This document shows, one piece after another, positions 45,880 to 58,045 of a stretch of DNA of 64,000 nucleotides (position 1 is the stretch's first letter; each line of letters starts with the position of its first letter). Source of the DNA: Acinetobacter sp. (GTDB lineage Bacteria > Pseudomonadota > Gammaproteobacteria > Pseudomonadales > Moraxellaceae); assembly GCF_045628685.1 (NCBI RefSeq), contig NZ_JAZQPV010000117.1, positions 9,312 to 73,311 of the forward strand, in the 5' to 3' direction. The notes beneath the pieces are model-generated. The model did not search any database. It saw nothing but the letters and a program-made list of their open reading frames with translations, and was not told the origin of the DNA. A program made the translations under genes and the position numbers.

Positions 45880-47073
45880 TTAATCTAAACTGCGGTCTAC
45901 AGCAGTAGTAAATAGCACATCTGTAGAAGAATTTAATGCCGTTTCAGTTGAATCCTGTAATACGCTGATGACCATACCGATGGCAACGACCTGCATGGCA
46001 ATATCTGAACTAATACCAAATAAGCCACACGCCACTGGAATAAGCAGTAAAGAACCACCGGCGACTCCAGATGCTCCACATGCTGAAATAGTCGCAAGAA
46101 CCGATAAAACCAGCATGGTGGTGAAATCGACTGAAATGCCCAAGGTATGCACAGTAGCTAAGGTAAGAACGGTAATGGTCACTGAAGCACCTGCCATGTT
46201 AATTGCAGCACCGAGGGGAATAGCAACACTGGCAGTAGATTCGCTCACACCTAAACGTTTGGCTAAATCCAGGTTCACTGGAATATTTGCAGCAGAGCTT
46301 CGGGTGAAGAAGGCGGTAATCCCGCTTTCACGTAGACATTTAAACACCAGCGGATAGGGGTTAGCACGGGTAACAAAGGCGACCATAACTGGATTGACCA
46401 CCAACGCCACAAAGAACATTGTACCAATCAACACAGCCAATAATTGAGCATAGCTTTCAAAGGTACTTAATCCGGCTTCTGCAACGGTGACCGCCACCAG
46501 ACCAAAAATACCGACTGGGGCAAAATTAATCACCAGACGAATCACGGTATTTACCGCATTTGCAGCATCGGTGAGCAAGACTTTTGTGGTGTCATTGGCA
46601 TGACGGAATGCAGCCCCCAAAGCAACAGCCCAGGCCAAAATACCAATAAAGTTCGCTTCACTAATCGCAACAAGCGGGTTGGCCACAAAACTTAAAAGAA
46701 GATTTTTTAAGATTTCAATCAGGCTACCTGGCGGTTGCAAATCCGCATTTGCGGGGATATCCAGAAACAAGGTGCTTGGAAAAATGATACTGGCAATCAC
46801 TGCACTTAATGCAGCCAAGAACATCCCAACAGCATACATCATCATAATTGGTTTGATTTTAGCGCTATGGCCGACTTTAAAATTAGCTATAGACGATAGA
46901 ACCAGCACAAAAACCAATATAGGGGCAACAGATTTAAGCGCTTTAATAAACAAGTCGCCCAACAAGCTTAAATAGGGAGCCTGATTAGGGAAAAAAACAG
47001 CAACACCAATACCTAAAATAATGGCGATAATAATTCGGGAGACTAAACTTAAACGCATTAAAGCAGAGAACAT
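45880..47073 (-). CDS. sstT: Serine/threonine:sodium symporter (DAACS family)
   Basis: 397 aa from the ATG with an AAGG Shine-Dalgarno; [10 protein letters not shown] and DSTETALNS motifs. Confidence 0.85.
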   Translation of the reverse strand: MFSALMRLSLVSRIIIAIILGIGVAVFFPNQAPYLSLLGDLFIKALKSVAPILVFVLVLSSIANFKVGHSAKIKPIMMMYAVGMFLAALSAVIASIIFPSTLFLDIPANADLQPPGSLIEILKNLLLSFVANPLVAISEANFIGILAWAVALGAAFRHANDTTKVLLTDAANAVNTVIRLVINFAPVGIFGLVAVTVAEAGLSTFESYAQLLAVLIGTMFFVALVVNPVMVAFVTRANPYPLVFKCLRESGITAFFTRSSAANIPVNLDLAKRLGVSESTASVAIPLGAAINMAGASVTITVLTLATVHTLGISVDFTTMLVLSVLATISACGASGVAGGSLLLIPVACGLFGISSDIAMQVVAIGMVISVLQDSTETALNSSTDVLFTTAVDRSLD

Positions 47074-47386
47074 AAAGGTGCCTTGTGACAAATACGAGGA
47101 CTAAAAAATTTACAAATATGCTCGCCATTTTATACCTAAAACAGTTGCTGCTAAAAATTAATTTTTATATAAAAACTAAATACTTATTTTTAAAGTTGAT
47201 ATTTTTGTTTTTAAATATTTTCACACTTAAAGAAATTAAATATTCTGCTCTTACCTATACTTCAAACCGTCCTTATTGGATCGAAATTTCCCCAAAAGTT
47301 TTCTATTCATTGCTCAGCATTGACTAGGTTCCATCCTGTCAATGGCGGTGAATGGATATTATTAATATAGGATGGAGTAAATCATC

Positions 47387-49120
47387 TCATTCATTTAAAA
47401 AAACTTCAGGTGAAAGTTCTTGCATGGCTTGAAAGTGAGAGAGATAAATCTGACCAGTTAACTGTTTTAACAGTTTTGAATGCTGTAATTTATCCATCAC
47501 TGGACCCTTGATTTCTGAAAAATGCAATTTGATATTGAGTTTTCTAAATTCAGCATTGATATCTTCGAGCATTTCTAATGCACTCAGGTCAATTGCACTA
47601 ATACTCGAACAATTGATTACCACATGTTCTAAATCCTTATGCTGACTCACCGTATTAATCAGGAAACCTTTTAAAGTATTGGCATTTAAGAAGGTAAGAT
47701 TTTCATCAATACGTATGGAAATGACTTTTGAAGAGGTCAGTACCTGATGACGCTGCACATTTCTGAAATGCTGCGTGCCTTCAACCAAACCAATCACGGC
47801 AATATGGGGGCGGCTAATTCGCCACAATAGAAGGATAAAGGTGGACACAATACCAATGATTAAACCCGTAGTAATATCAATGCAGATCACGCCAAAAAAG
47901 GTAATCCACATGGCAATCCCATCAGCTTTTGAATAGTGCCAGGTTTCAATAAAAGGTTTGAAATCGACCAACTTCCAGATAGAAACAATAATCGTAGCGG
48001 CCAAAATCGACAAAGGTAAATCGCGGAAAAACCCGGTAAAATAAAGGCTAACCAAAACAATCAGCAGTGATGAAAAAACACCTGCCATTGGGGTTTTAGC
48101 ACCCGAGTCCGCATTAACCACGGTGCGAGACAGGCTGCCGGTGACAGGAAAGGCAGAACTAAGACCGGCACTTAAATTGGCCAAACCTAAAGCTACCAGT
48201 TCCTGATTGCTGTTTAAGTTACTGCGTTGTTGTAATGCAGTCGCCTGCGCGATCGATAAAGACTCGACAAAGCTAATCATGGCAATCATCGCCGCACCCG
48301 GCAATAAGGTGATGACCAGGTCCATATTCCAAAATGGCATCATCAAAGGAGGAAATCCAGAAGGAATCTCTCCCACGGTCTTAATCCCAATTTCCTGCAA
48401 ATCCAGAAAATAAACCGCAGTAATGGAAACCACGACCAGTACCAATGGCAATGCTTTAGAGATAAAAGCGGTAGGTCCGATACGACTTTTAACCGCATTG
48501 GAACTTAAAACTTTAGGCAAATAGATGAGAAAGAGTAAGGCCATCATCCCGAAAATGAACGTTTCAATACTGCTATAACGAATATAGTGCCAAAAACTGA
48601 GCAAAAATTGAGGAATATTATTGGATTCTAGTGGGACATCAACCAGAAATTTAAATTGACCCAGGGCAATCAGCAAAGCGGAGGCAATAATAAAACTTTT
48701 AATTACAGGGTGGCTAATCAGTTGAATCAAAAAGCCAAATCTAAAAATCCCGAGCAACAATGAAATGACCCCGACCATCACGGCAAGCAGGCAGGCAGCT
48801 TGTATATAAACCGGGGAACCCACTTCAAATAGCGGATTTAAAGTGGCAAAGGTCATCATGGATATAATCGCCACCGGACCAATCGATAGCGTTGGACTAC
48901 CACCGACCATGGCGTAAATGATCATCGGCAGAATGCTGGCATACAGGCCCATCATTGGCGGCAAGCCTGCCAGCATGGCATAAGCCATACCTTGCGGAAC
49001 CAGCATGGCAATCACAATCAGCGCAGATAGAAGATCTGATTTAAATTTAGCTTGGTTATATTTGCGTAGCCATTGCCAAGCGGGCCATAACGTTGTTAAG
49101 CGAGAATTTAAATCTGACAT
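47387..49120 (-). CDS. SulP family inorganic anion transporter with C-terminal STAS domain
   Basis: 577 aa; LVPQGMAYAMLAGLPP N-terminal motif, multiple TM segments, STAS-like tail. Confidence 0.9.
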   Translation of the reverse strand: MSDLNSRLTTLWPAWQWLRKYNQAKFKSDLLSALIVIAMLVPQGMAYAMLAGLPPMMGLYASILPMIIYAMVGGSPTLSIGPVAIISMMTFATLNPLFEVGSPVYIQAACLLAVMVGVISLLLGIFRFGFLIQLISHPVIKSFIIASALLIALGQFKFLVDVPLESNNIPQFLLSFWHYIRYSSIETFIFGMMALLFLIYLPKVLSSNAVKSRIGPTAFISKALPLVLVVVSITAVYFLDLQEIGIKTVGEIPSGFPPLMMPFWNMDLVITLLPGAAMIAMISFVESLSIAQATALQQRSNLNSNQELVALGLANLSAGLSSAFPVTGSLSRTVVNADSGAKTPMAGVFSSLLIVLVSLYFTGFFRDLPLSILAATIIVSIWKLVDFKPFIETWHYSKADGIAMWITFFGVICIDITTGLIIGIVSTFILLLWRISRPHIAVIGLVEGTQHFRNVQRHQVLTSSKVISIRIDENLTFLNANTLKGFLINTVSQHKDLEHVVINCSSISAIDLSALEMLEDINAEFRKLNIKLHFSEIKGPVMDKLQHSKLLKQLTGQIYLSHFQAMQELSPEVFLNE

Positions 49121-49221
49121 ATCTAAAACTAAATCACTATTTTAGATATATTATGCATAAAAAGTGCTAAGAAGTCTTAATCTGATCAATTAATCTATCC
49201 AATCTACTGATATTTTTGGAA

Positions 49222-49539
49222 TTAAATTAGATTTTTAGGACAGTAGACTTGATATAGCGTATTTAATACTTGAATGAGTTTTTTATCTTTGATGGAATAA
49301 AAAATCTGCTTGCCATCACGACGGGTCGAAACCACATCACTTTTGCGTAACATCATAAGCTGTTGTGATAAGGTCGGTTGATTAATCTGGGTCATTTCTT
49401 CAATTTGCGAAACATTGAGCTCTTGTTTGGCAAGATGACATAAAATAAACAGGCGATCTGTATTGGCAAGTGATTTTAATATCGTGACAACAATATCGAT
49501 AGAATCATGCATAGATGCAATTTCAAGATCGGTGTTCAT
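49222..49539 (-). CDS. ArsR/SmtB family transcriptional regulator
   Basis: 105 aa from MNTDLEI; LANTDRLFILCHL...VSQIEEMTQINQPTLSQQLMMLR winged HTH. Confidence 0.85.
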   Translation of the reverse strand: MNTDLEIASMHDSIDIVVTILKSLANTDRLFILCHLAKQELNVSQIEEMTQINQPTLSQQLMMLRKSDVVSTRRDGKQIFYSIKDKKLIQVLNTLYQVYCPKNLI

Positions 49540-49662
49540 ACAGCATTCCGTACCACGCAACAGTAATATACGCAGTATAAGGGCTGTATCCTTGAATACA
49601 TTAATAAAAAACAATATTTTCAATGGTTTTTAATGAAGCTAAATATCAAATATTCTTATATA

Positions 49663-49706
49663 AATAAACCCAGGCATAGCATTTAAGTTCCATGCCTGGG
49701 TTTATT
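49663..49706 (-). terminator. Intrinsic terminator after plsB
   Basis: 15-bp stem aataaacccaggcat/atgcctgggtttatt with a 14-nt loop. Confidence 0.7.
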
Positions 49707-49723
49707 GCGAAAATATGTGACTC

Positions 49724-52225
49724 TTATTTTTTAACGGATTGTTTAAATTGTTTTAATTCTTTTTCATTAAACTGCAGTGCTTCGATTATAGCTTGATGAG
49801 TATCCGGGTCATACCAGTTGAAAATGGCTGACATTTTCTCTTCAAAATCATCACTGATCTCAAAATGATCAGCTTGAATATTTAATAAGCTATTTTGTTT
49901 CAATATAGAAATAAAACTTTTTAAGGTCGCATTGTCAAAATAATAACCTGATTGAATTTTTCGAGCCTGGAACAGTTTTTTCAATACTGCTTTACCCATT
50001 TTCTCCAGCTCTTTCATCGTCAGTGCTTGAATCGGAGCATACTGCTTGAGTAACTCTGAGATCAGTATCATGTTATTCAAGCTAGAGCTGGATAGATGTG
50101 CAAGTGATAACAGTTTGCTTTGCATCTGTTCATCTAATGCAACGGAAACAGTATTGTCTTGCTGAACAATCCAGCCCAAATGTTCTAGACTATTTAAAAT
50201 CAATCTAATTTCATTTTCTAACTCATCCAGGTTCCATTTTAAGAAAAACTCTTCTTTAAAATAGGGATACAGATTTATAACGGTATCGATTAAATAATGA
50301 CATGAGATCTTTTTATAAGATTGAATCAGCATGGCGATTAATGCAGGGATAATAAAGCAGTGCAGAATATTATTACTAAAATAGCTTAAAAGAATTTTTT
50401 GACTTTCAACCACGCGAATCCAGTTTTCATTGTTTTGATTAAAACTTTCAACCTGTTTTAATTTTTTTGCATAATGAATAATGTCCGCACTGGATAATTC
50501 CGTCATCATCATTCTCTGATCATATTTTGTGTCATTTAATAACTGACGATATTGATCAATTTGTGAGATTAAATCTTTCTCACTTAAAGCATGGTTTTTA
50601 ACATTGAGCAAAATCAACGAAATCAGTGAAATAGGATTAACAACAACCGCTTTATTAATGTTCTCTAAAATTGAACTTGCAACCTGATCGACAGTCTGAA
50701 CCACAGGTTGAGGTAATTCATCATCAATATTTAATTTAATTTGATCTGCGTGATTCGCATTTAAAATTTTATCCAGAAAAACAGGTTCGCCGAAATTAAC
50801 ATGCACCTGTCCAAAAACTTTTTCAATTTTACGCGCTGAACTTAAAATACCCCAGATTGATTCGGCTTCCTTGGGTTTACCATTCAGTTCATTTAAGTAA
50901 GACGTACCTTCCATCAGTTTTTCATAACCAAAATAGGTCGGAATAAAAGCAATCGGTTTGGTTGCGCCACGTAAATGACTTTGTACCGTCATCGACAGCA
51001 TACCTTTTTTAGGCGGCAGCAATAATCCTGTACGTGAACGTCCACCTTCAATAAAGTATTCCAAAGGCGTGTTGCGCGATAAAAGGCTGTGTAAATATTC
51101 TTTGAAAACTGAAGTATATAGTTCATTGCCACTAAAGGTACGGCGAATAAAATAAGCACCCCCACCACGCATGATTTGACCCACAATAGGCAAGTTTAAA
51201 TTAATTCCTGCGGCAATATGCGGAACCATGAGTCCACGGTTAAAAATCACGTAAGAGAGCAGTAAGTAATCGATGTGACTGCGATGACAGGGGGTATAGA
51301 CAATTTCATAATCCTTGGCCAATTCACGCACCGTATCGAAATTATGCACTTCAATCCCGTCATAAAGTTGGGTCCATAACTTGGTCAGGGCAAGCTCGGC
51401 AAATCGTAAAGTTGAATAGGAAAAATCCGAAACTACTTCGGTTAAATAACCTTTGGCACGGTTTTCCGCTTCAAACATACTGATTTTATCATCAATACTT
51501 TCTTTGCGAATGGCATCCTGAACTGTTTCCGTCTTCATCAACTTATTAATAAGATTACGACGGTCGGATAAATCGGGGCCTAAAATCGCTTCTTTATGTT
51601 TATTGAAATTGATATTGAGTTCTTTGACAATCGAATGGGCGGGAGAAAAGTTGGGATGCTCAATTTTAGCTTTTTCAATGGCGGATTTAAGAGAAATTGG
51701 TTTATGAAACTCAATATAGTTTTCACGGCTATATAATGAAATATTTAAGGCCTGTTTTAATTTGGATGGGGTAGACCACGCATCGGCAAATAAGGCCTTA
51801 AGCCAGGAACCTTCATATTCAGGTGAACGTCCCCATAATACCGTCACTGGCACCAGTTCAATATCGTATTCAGGATATTTTTCTAAAACTTCAATCAGGC
51901 GAATGAGTTTGGCAGAATAATGATAAGCCTCATTTTTTGAACTGGGTACATTTAAAGCAAGAATCGAGTCGTCTTCTTTAAATTCCTGAATCATTAATGG
52001 CGCAAAAACTGAAGGCAGCTTGCGCGCTTTCGCTTCAGTGTCGATTAATACCGTATTGCTGAGTGAAGCATCTTGTAATACATAACAAATTAATTTTTTA
52101 TCGAGTTTATCTTTTATATTTTTTTCTAATTCTTCAGTATTGCCTAAGACTTGAGGAGTCACGATTTTATCGAGGATTTTCTGCGTAAATTGTCGATAGA
52201 ATCGGCTATAACCCTTATTAGACAT
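49724..52225 (-). CDS. plsB: Glycerol-3-phosphate 1-O-acyltransferase
   Basis: 833 aa from MSNKGYSRFYRQ; HRSHIDYLLL (HX4D) and YFIEGGRSRTG motifs. Confidence 0.95.
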   Translation of the reverse strand: MSNKGYSRFYRQFTQKILDKIVTPQVLGNTEELEKNIKDKLDKKLICYVLQDASLSNTVLIDTEAKARKLPSVFAPLMIQEFKEDDSILALNVPSSKNEAYHYSAKLIRLIEVLEKYPEYDIELVPVTVLWGRSPEYEGSWLKALFADAWSTPSKLKQALNISLYSRENYIEFHKPISLKSAIEKAKIEHPNFSPAHSIVKELNINFNKHKEAILGPDLSDRRNLINKLMKTETVQDAIRKESIDDKISMFEAENRAKGYLTEVVSDFSYSTLRFAELALTKLWTQLYDGIEVHNFDTVRELAKDYEIVYTPCHRSHIDYLLLSYVIFNRGLMVPHIAAGINLNLPIVGQIMRGGGAYFIRRTFSGNELYTSVFKEYLHSLLSRNTPLEYFIEGGRSRTGLLLPPKKGMLSMTVQSHLRGATKPIAFIPTYFGYEKLMEGTSYLNELNGKPKEAESIWGILSSARKIEKVFGQVHVNFGEPVFLDKILNANHADQIKLNIDDELPQPVVQTVDQVASSILENINKAVVVNPISLISLILLNVKNHALSEKDLISQIDQYRQLLNDTKYDQRMMMTELSSADIIHYAKKLKQVESFNQNNENWIRVVESQKILLSYFSNNILHCFIIPALIAMLIQSYKKISCHYLIDTVINLYPYFKEEFFLKWNLDELENEIRLILNSLEHLGWIVQQDNTVSVALDEQMQSKLLSLAHLSSSSLNNMILISELLKQYAPIQALTMKELEKMGKAVLKKLFQARKIQSGYYFDNATLKSFISILKQNSLLNIQADHFEISDDFEEKMSAIFNWYDPDTHQAIIEALQFNEKELKQFKQSVKK

Positions 52226-52492
52226 TTGCTTCCCTAAAATCAGTTTTTCAGTTGAAAGATATTGTGTGCAATAACAAGAATAAATACAAATCTTATTGAT
52301 GACAAATAAGTCAGTTAAGTTGTAACTATTTAAGAAAAACAAAGAGGATGTGATCTAAAAAAATCTTTATTTTTTAGACTGAAAGGGAAAGTTAAAACAA
52401 AAAAACTGGAATAGAAAAACTTATCTTCACGGTCTAAATGGCTTATGATGAACACAGAGCTTCAAAATCAAAAGATCACTCAAGGAGTTAAA

Positions 52493-53491
52493 ATGAGTAC
52501 AGATTCTGCATTTCCAACACCAAATAATTTAGGCATTGCGGTTTATAGTAATAATGCCGAATCGATCGGTAACACCCCATTAATTCGCATTAATCGTTCT
52601 ATTTCTTCAGCTGCCACGGTACTGGGTAAAGTTGAAGGCCGTAATCCTTCATTTTCCGTGAAATGTCGTATTGGTGCCGCTCTAATTAAAGATGCTGAAG
52701 AAAAAGGTTTGCTTAAACCAGGTATGCATATTGTCGAGCCGACCAGTGGTAATACCGGGATTGCACTGGCATTCGTGGCTGCGGCAAAGGGCTATGACCT
52801 TACGTTAACCATGCCGGCAAGCATGAGTATTGAACGTCGTAAAGTGTTAAAAGCATTTGGTGCAAATCTGGTCTTGACTGAACCTGCTAAAGGCATGCAA
52901 GGTGCAGTCGATGAAGCTGTTCGGTTAGTCACAGAGCAACCAGAACTGTATTATTTACCGCAGCAATTTGAAAATCCGGCCAACCCTAAAATTCATGAGC
53001 AAACTACCGGTCCTGAAATTTGGGAAGCCACTGGCGGTCAGGTTGATATTCTAGTTGCGGGTGTAGGCACAGGCGGTACTATTTCCGGTATTTCACGTTA
53101 TTTTGAGCAGGTAAAAAACCAGCCACTTTATTCGGTAGCCGTTGAACCGGCTGAATCTCCGATTATTGGACAAGCCAAACGTGGCGAAGCGCTAACACCC
53201 GGGCCACATAAAATCCAGGGTATTGGCGCAAACTTTATTCCAAAAAATCTAGACTTAGATTTGGTGGATGAAGTCATTGCGATTGACAGTTCAGCAGCCA
53301 TTGAATGGGCACGTAAAACAGCGACTCATGAAGGTATTTTAGTGGGTATTTCAAGTGGTGCCGCAATGGCAGCAGCAGCGCAATTGGCTGCACGTCCTGA
53401 AAATGCCGGCAAAACCATTGTGGTGATTTTACCTGATGCAGGTGAACGTTATTTATCCTCGGTTTTGTTTGAAGATATTTCTGCCGATTAA
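52493..53491 (+). CDS. cysK: Cysteine synthase A (O-acetylserine sulfhydrylase)
   Basis: 332 aa from the ATG with an AAGGAG Shine-Dalgarno; [14 protein letters not shown]-lysine and TSGNTG motifs. Confidence 0.9.
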   Translation: MSTDSAFPTPNNLGIAVYSNNAESIGNTPLIRINRSISSAATVLGKVEGRNPSFSVKCRIGAALIKDAEEKGLLKPGMHIVEPTSGNTGIALAFVAAAKGYDLTLTMPASMSIERRKVLKAFGANLVLTEPAKGMQGAVDEAVRLVTEQPELYYLPQQFENPANPKIHEQTTGPEIWEATGGQVDILVAGVGTGGTISGISRYFEQVKNQPLYSVAVEPAESPIIGQAKRGEALTPGPHKIQGIGANFIPKNLDLDLVDEVIAIDSSAAIEWARKTATHEGILVGISSGAAMAAAAQLAARPENAGKTIVVILPDAGERYLSSVLFEDISAD

Positions 53492-53516
53492 TCTGGCACA
53501 AATTTTTCTGATGAAT

Positions 53517-53547
53517 AAAAAGGCTGAAGTTGATCTTCAGCCTTTTT
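53517..53547. terminator. Bidirectional intrinsic terminator
   Basis: Stem ggctgaag/cttcagcc flanked by an A-run and a T-run. Confidence 0.85.
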
Positions 53548-53575
53548 AATGGATGGTATATGAGTCTGAAAATCC

Positions 53576-55006
53576 TTAACGAATAAACAGTTTTAAAATC
53601 AGTTTTTGAATAAAGCTACCATAAGGCGGATAGAATAAATACATCAAGCTAAATTTCGGGCGATTAAACACCGCTTTTGCATGACTAAAGGTGACAAATC
53701 CTTCATAGCCATGATAATTACCCATGCCTGATGTGCCCACGCCACCAAAAGGCAAATCTTCCTGTCCGACATGGACTAAGGTTTCATTGAGACACACACC
53801 GCCACTGTGAGTGTACATAAGTACTTTTTGCTGATCGTTCTGGTTATAACCAAAATAATATAAAGCCAAAGGGCGCGGTCTTTGATTAATATAGTCAATC
53901 GCTTCATCAAGTTGTTGGTAAGTCACAATCGGTAACAAGGGACCAAAAATTTCATTTTGCATCACCTGCATATCATCTGTGACATTGCTTAAAACATAAT
54001 GCGCTAAACGCCGTCCTGAAGAAGGCTCGGTAATGACATTCACAGTCGCGTTTTTCGCAGTTGCATCTTCAATATAACCATTTAAGCGATTGAGCTGTCG
54101 TTGATTAATAATGGCGGTGTAATCAAGGTTATCGGCTAATTTCGGAAAAAATTCCTGAATGGCGGTCGAATATTCCTCAATAAATTGAGCCTGTAGTTGT
54201 GCAGGAATCAGCACATAGTCGGGCGCAACACAGGTTTGTCCGGCATTCATGGCTTTACCAAAGGCAATCCGCCGCGCACTCTCACGAATATTGGCATCGG
54301 CCAGAACCAGCGCTGGAGATTTTCCGCCAAGCTCCAAGGTCACTGGCGTGAGGTTGTTGGCAGCGGCACGCATGACATGTTTACCCACTTCACTGGCACC
54401 GGTAAATAAGAGGTGATTAAAAGGCAATTGGGTAAATTGCTGTGCAACTTCTGCATCGCCATTGACCACACAGACTAAATCTTCAGGAAAGGCCTGCGCA
54501 ATCAGCTGTTTAAACAGGGCGGAAAATTCAGGCGTATATTCGCTCATTTTCAACATCACCCGATTGCCTGCCGCAAGGGCCTGACAAAGTGGGCCAATGG
54601 CTAGAAACAGTGGATAATTCCACGGGACAATAATGCCCACCACACCGACCGGTTGGTACAAGACATAACCTGTCGCAGGCTGGAAAAGAATGCCAATATG
54701 ACGTTTGCTGGGACGCATCCATTTTTTTAAATTTTTTAACGCGTATTTAATGCCCAGTACGCTGGTCATGACCTCGAACATTTCAGTTTCAGAATGACTT
54801 CGGTTAGAAAAATCATGACTAATCGCCACATTAATCTCGGTCTTATTCTGCAGAATCAATTGCTGCAAGGTTTTAAGATGCTGCCTACGCTGTTCCAGAC
54901 TTGGGTAACTGTTTTCAGTAAATGCCTGTTGCTGTTTCTCAAATAATTGTTGTAATTCAATCGAGAGACTTTGATCTGTATTTTGATCCATTTTGTGATT
55001 CAACAT
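53576..55006 (-). CDS. NAD(P)-dependent aldehyde dehydrogenase (coniferyl/fatty aldehyde dehydrogenase-like)
   Basis: 476 aa; ELGGKSP and NAGQTCVAPDY catalytic Glu/Cys motifs. Confidence 0.9.
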   Translation of the reverse strand: MLNHKMDQNTDQSLSIELQQLFEKQQQAFTENSYPSLEQRRQHLKTLQQLILQNKTEINVAISHDFSNRSHSETEMFEVMTSVLGIKYALKNLKKWMRPSKRHIGILFQPATGYVLYQPVGVVGIIVPWNYPLFLAIGPLCQALAAGNRVMLKMSEYTPEFSALFKQLIAQAFPEDLVCVVNGDAEVAQQFTQLPFNHLLFTGASEVGKHVMRAAANNLTPVTLELGGKSPALVLADANIRESARRIAFGKAMNAGQTCVAPDYVLIPAQLQAQFIEEYSTAIQEFFPKLADNLDYTAIINQRQLNRLNGYIEDATAKNATVNVITEPSSGRRLAHYVLSNVTDDMQVMQNEIFGPLLPIVTYQQLDEAIDYINQRPRPLALYYFGYNQNDQQKVLMYTHSGGVCLNETLVHVGQEDLPFGGVGTSGMGNYHGYEGFVTFSHAKAVFNRPKFSLMYLFYPPYGSFIQKLILKLFIR

Positions 55007-55176
55007 CCTACATATCCTTTGTCAGTAGTAAGAAAGTAACTTGAATTTTTCAATATGATTCCGTAATTCTCAATTTGTTATGTCTTTGAATATTTTAAAA
55101 ATATTACATAACAGGTTCAAATATATCCTCAAGTCGATATAAGTGAACCAAGAATAAACCGAGCTTGCTGTTTGAA

Positions 55177-56784
55177 TTAAGTGTGCAACTGCTTGGCGCG
55201 TATCATATCTACCGCTTTTTCAGCAATCATAATGGTTGGGGCATTGGTATTGCCATTGACTACATTCGGCATAATCGAGGCATCGACCACACGTAAATTT
55301 TCAATGCCATAGACACAAAGCTGTGGATCAACCACGGCCATATCATCAACGCCCATTTTACAGCTGCCGACCGGGTGATACACGGTATCTGCGCGTTGAC
55401 GCAAAATGTGCCGAATTTCATCATCCGTTTTGACCAAATTACAAAACAGGTCTTTTTTATGCAGTATTTTCAATGCCGGTGAATGCATCAATTGTTGCGT
55501 TATTTTATAGGCATCAACCATATCCTCAATATCATCTTCATGATCAAAGAAATTCGGGTCAATCAGTAGCGGATCTTCAATGCTTGGACCACTGATTTGA
55601 ATACTGCCGCGACTTTTTGGATTTAACAGGCAGACATGACAGGAAATGCCGTGACTGGCATGAAAAGTGCGGGCATGGTTATCGACCAGGGCGACCACAA
55701 AATGCAGCTGTAAATTCGGAATGTCTTTTTCCGGCTTACTTTTTAAAAAGCCGCCACATTCGGCAAAGTTGGTACTCAGCATGCCACGGCGCTCTTTACG
55801 GTAGCGCGAAATCTGCTTGATCAAGTCAACCGTACCGGCCAGTGACACGCCAAAGGTGCCGGCAATATCTGTGACGGTATAACTAAAAATAAAATCAGGA
55901 TGGTCGTGGAAATTTTTACCTACACCGGGCAGGTGCTTGGTCACAGTAATACCATGCTCAAGCAGTTCTTGTTTATTGCCAATGCCGGAGAGCATTAAAA
56001 TTTGCGGGGAATGCATCGCGCCTGCACTTAACAGCACTTCTTTATGGGCACGCAACTGTTTAATTTGTCCCGCATGTTTAACCTCAACGCCAACCGCTAC
56101 CTGATTTTCAATTAAAATGCGCTGTGTCGATGCATGGGTAAAAATGGTCAGGTTTGGACGTTCCAGATGCGGGAATAAATATGCACGTGCCGCACTACAA
56201 CGCTCACCATTAATATGCGTGACCTGATAAACCCCTAAACCTTCTTGTTCAGCGCCATTAAAGTCATCCAGAATTTTATAGCCTTGTTCTTTGGCTGCCC
56301 TAATATATCGCTTATGCCATGGACTGTCGGTACGTAAATTCGATACCGATAAGGGGCCATGATTCCCATGGTATTGATCTTGAATATCCTGATTGTTTTC
56401 CGAGCGAATGAAAAATGGCAGGATCTCCTGATAACTCCAGCCATGATTGCCGAGTTCTGCCCACTGGTCATAGTCTTTTTGATGGCCACGCACATAAATC
56501 ATCGCGTTAATGGCAGAGGATCCACCCAGACATTTTCCTCGCGGCTGATAACCTTTACGACCGTTCAGGCCTTTTTGCGGCACGGTTTCAAAAGCCCAAT
56601 TGTTGATTTTTCTGGGTATGCTGATCACGGCTGCGGCAGGGGTATTCACCGTCCAGGTATTACCATGACTGCCAGCCTCCAACAAACACACTGAAATGTC
56701 TGGATTTTCTGATAAACGCCCTGCCAATACACAGCCGGCACTACCGCCACCAATGATAATATAATCAAACGTCTGGTTTTCCAT
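55177..56784 (-). CDS. GMC family oxidoreductase (choline/alcohol dehydrogenase, AlkJ-like)
   Basis: 535 aa; DYIIIGGGSAGCVLAGRLSE FAD motif and C-terminal GMC signature. Confidence 0.9.
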   Translation of the reverse strand: MENQTFDYIIIGGGSAGCVLAGRLSENPDISVCLLEAGSHGNTWTVNTPAAAVISIPRKINNWAFETVPQKGLNGRKGYQPRGKCLGGSSAINAMIYVRGHQKDYDQWAELGNHGWSYQEILPFFIRSENNQDIQDQYHGNHGPLSVSNLRTDSPWHKRYIRAAKEQGYKILDDFNGAEQEGLGVYQVTHINGERCSAARAYLFPHLERPNLTIFTHASTQRILIENQVAVGVEVKHAGQIKQLRAHKEVLLSAGAMHSPQILMLSGIGNKQELLEHGITVTKHLPGVGKNFHDHPDFIFSYTVTDIAGTFGVSLAGTVDLIKQISRYRKERRGMLSTNFAECGGFLKSKPEKDIPNLQLHFVVALVDNHARTFHASHGISCHVCLLNPKSRGSIQISGPSIEDPLLIDPNFFDHEDDIEDMVDAYKITQQLMHSPALKILHKKDLFCNLVKTDDEIRHILRQRADTVYHPVGSCKMGVDDMAVVDPQLCVYGIENLRVVDASIMPNVVNGNTNAPTIMIAEKAVDMIRAKQLHT

Positions 56785-57078
56785 AGAAGACTTTGTTCCT
56801 ATTATTTATTCTTAAAATGTCATTTTTGTTTTAAGTGATATTTCTATTGTTTTATCACCTATTGAAACTGATCTTACCGAAGCCTTAGACGAAAAGATAT
56901 ACCGTTTAAATCTTGATTCATAAAATATTTTTTTATTTATTCTTATTCCCCCTTATCCCATGAATCATCAATTCAATTACAATTCCATGCCATATTCGGT
57001 ATAAATGAGCATTGGAAATAAGACTAAAAAAGCAGATGATAGTGCAGCTATAAAACAGAAAATCTGGGATTTTGATTC

Positions 57079-58014
57079 GTGTTTGAACTTGACTGTAAAT
57101 TACTCAGTGTTTTCCTCTATATCTATAAATATAAAAGTGTTTCAGTTGCCGCCGAATATCTGTCGATGAGCCAGCCGACGGTCAGTAATATCCTGAATAA
57201 AATCCGACAACATTATAACGATCCACTTTTTTTAAGAATTGGTAATGAAATGGTGCCGACCGAACTGTCTAAGCAACTGTTTCCTCTGGTGAGCGAGGCG
57301 CTGAGCAAAGTCGAGATCATCAACAATTTCACCATTAATTTTGACCAGTCGACTTCGCAGCAGAAATTTACCATTGCCATGACTGATGTGTCGCATTTGG
57401 TGTTATTGCCTAAAATATCCCAGTATTTAAAACAACATGCTTCCCATATTCGCCTGAATGTCCGTGCGATTACCTCTGAAACCAGTTATCAAATGGCGAA
57501 TGGTGAAATTGATTTGGCCATTGGTTTTTTACCGAATCTGGAAAATGGTTTTTATCAACAAAAATTATTTGAGCAATATTACGTGGTGATCGCTTCTAAG
57601 GATCATCCACGGCTCTGTGGAAACAGTTTAAGTACTGAGCAGTATATCAGTGAACCTCATATTGATATTGATGCAGGAATGGGACATTACCATATTGAAA
57701 ATGAGTTATTAAATCTGGAATTAAAACGTAATATTCTGATGCGATTACCGAGTTATTTAGGGGTAGGACTTGTAGTTCAGGAAACAGACGCCATTGCGAC
57801 GGTGCCTTATTATTTAAGTAAGGTTTTATTGTCCCGGGGCAATTTGCAAATTTTAGAAGCCCCGATCACCTTTCCAAGTTATGCGGTAAAACAGTATTGG
57901 CACATGTCTTGCCACCATAAAACCAGCCATCAATGGCTACGTCAGATGTGCCATGAATTATTCAGTCATATGAATGAATTAGATGGTTCAGCTCATAGTT
58001 TTATTCATCAATAA
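57079..58014 (+). CDS. LysR family transcriptional regulator
   Basis: 311 aa (GTG start); HTH VSVAAEYLSMSQPTVSNILNKIR; divergent from the GMC/ALDH pair. Confidence 0.85.
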   Translation: MFELDCKLLSVFLYIYKYKSVSVAAEYLSMSQPTVSNILNKIRQHYNDPLFLRIGNEMVPTELSKQLFPLVSEALSKVEIINNFTINFDQSTSQQKFTIAMTDVSHLVLLPKISQYLKQHASHIRLNVRAITSETSYQMANGEIDLAIGFLPNLENGFYQQKLFEQYYVVIASKDHPRLCGNSLSTEQYISEPHIDIDAGMGHYHIENELLNLELKRNILMRLPSYLGVGLVVQETDAIATVPYYLSKVLLSRGNLQILEAPITFPSYAVKQYWHMSCHHKTSHQWLRQMCHELFSHMNELDGSAHSFIHQ

Positions 58015-58045
58015 TAGAAAATATAAACTCAATCATGAATTATGA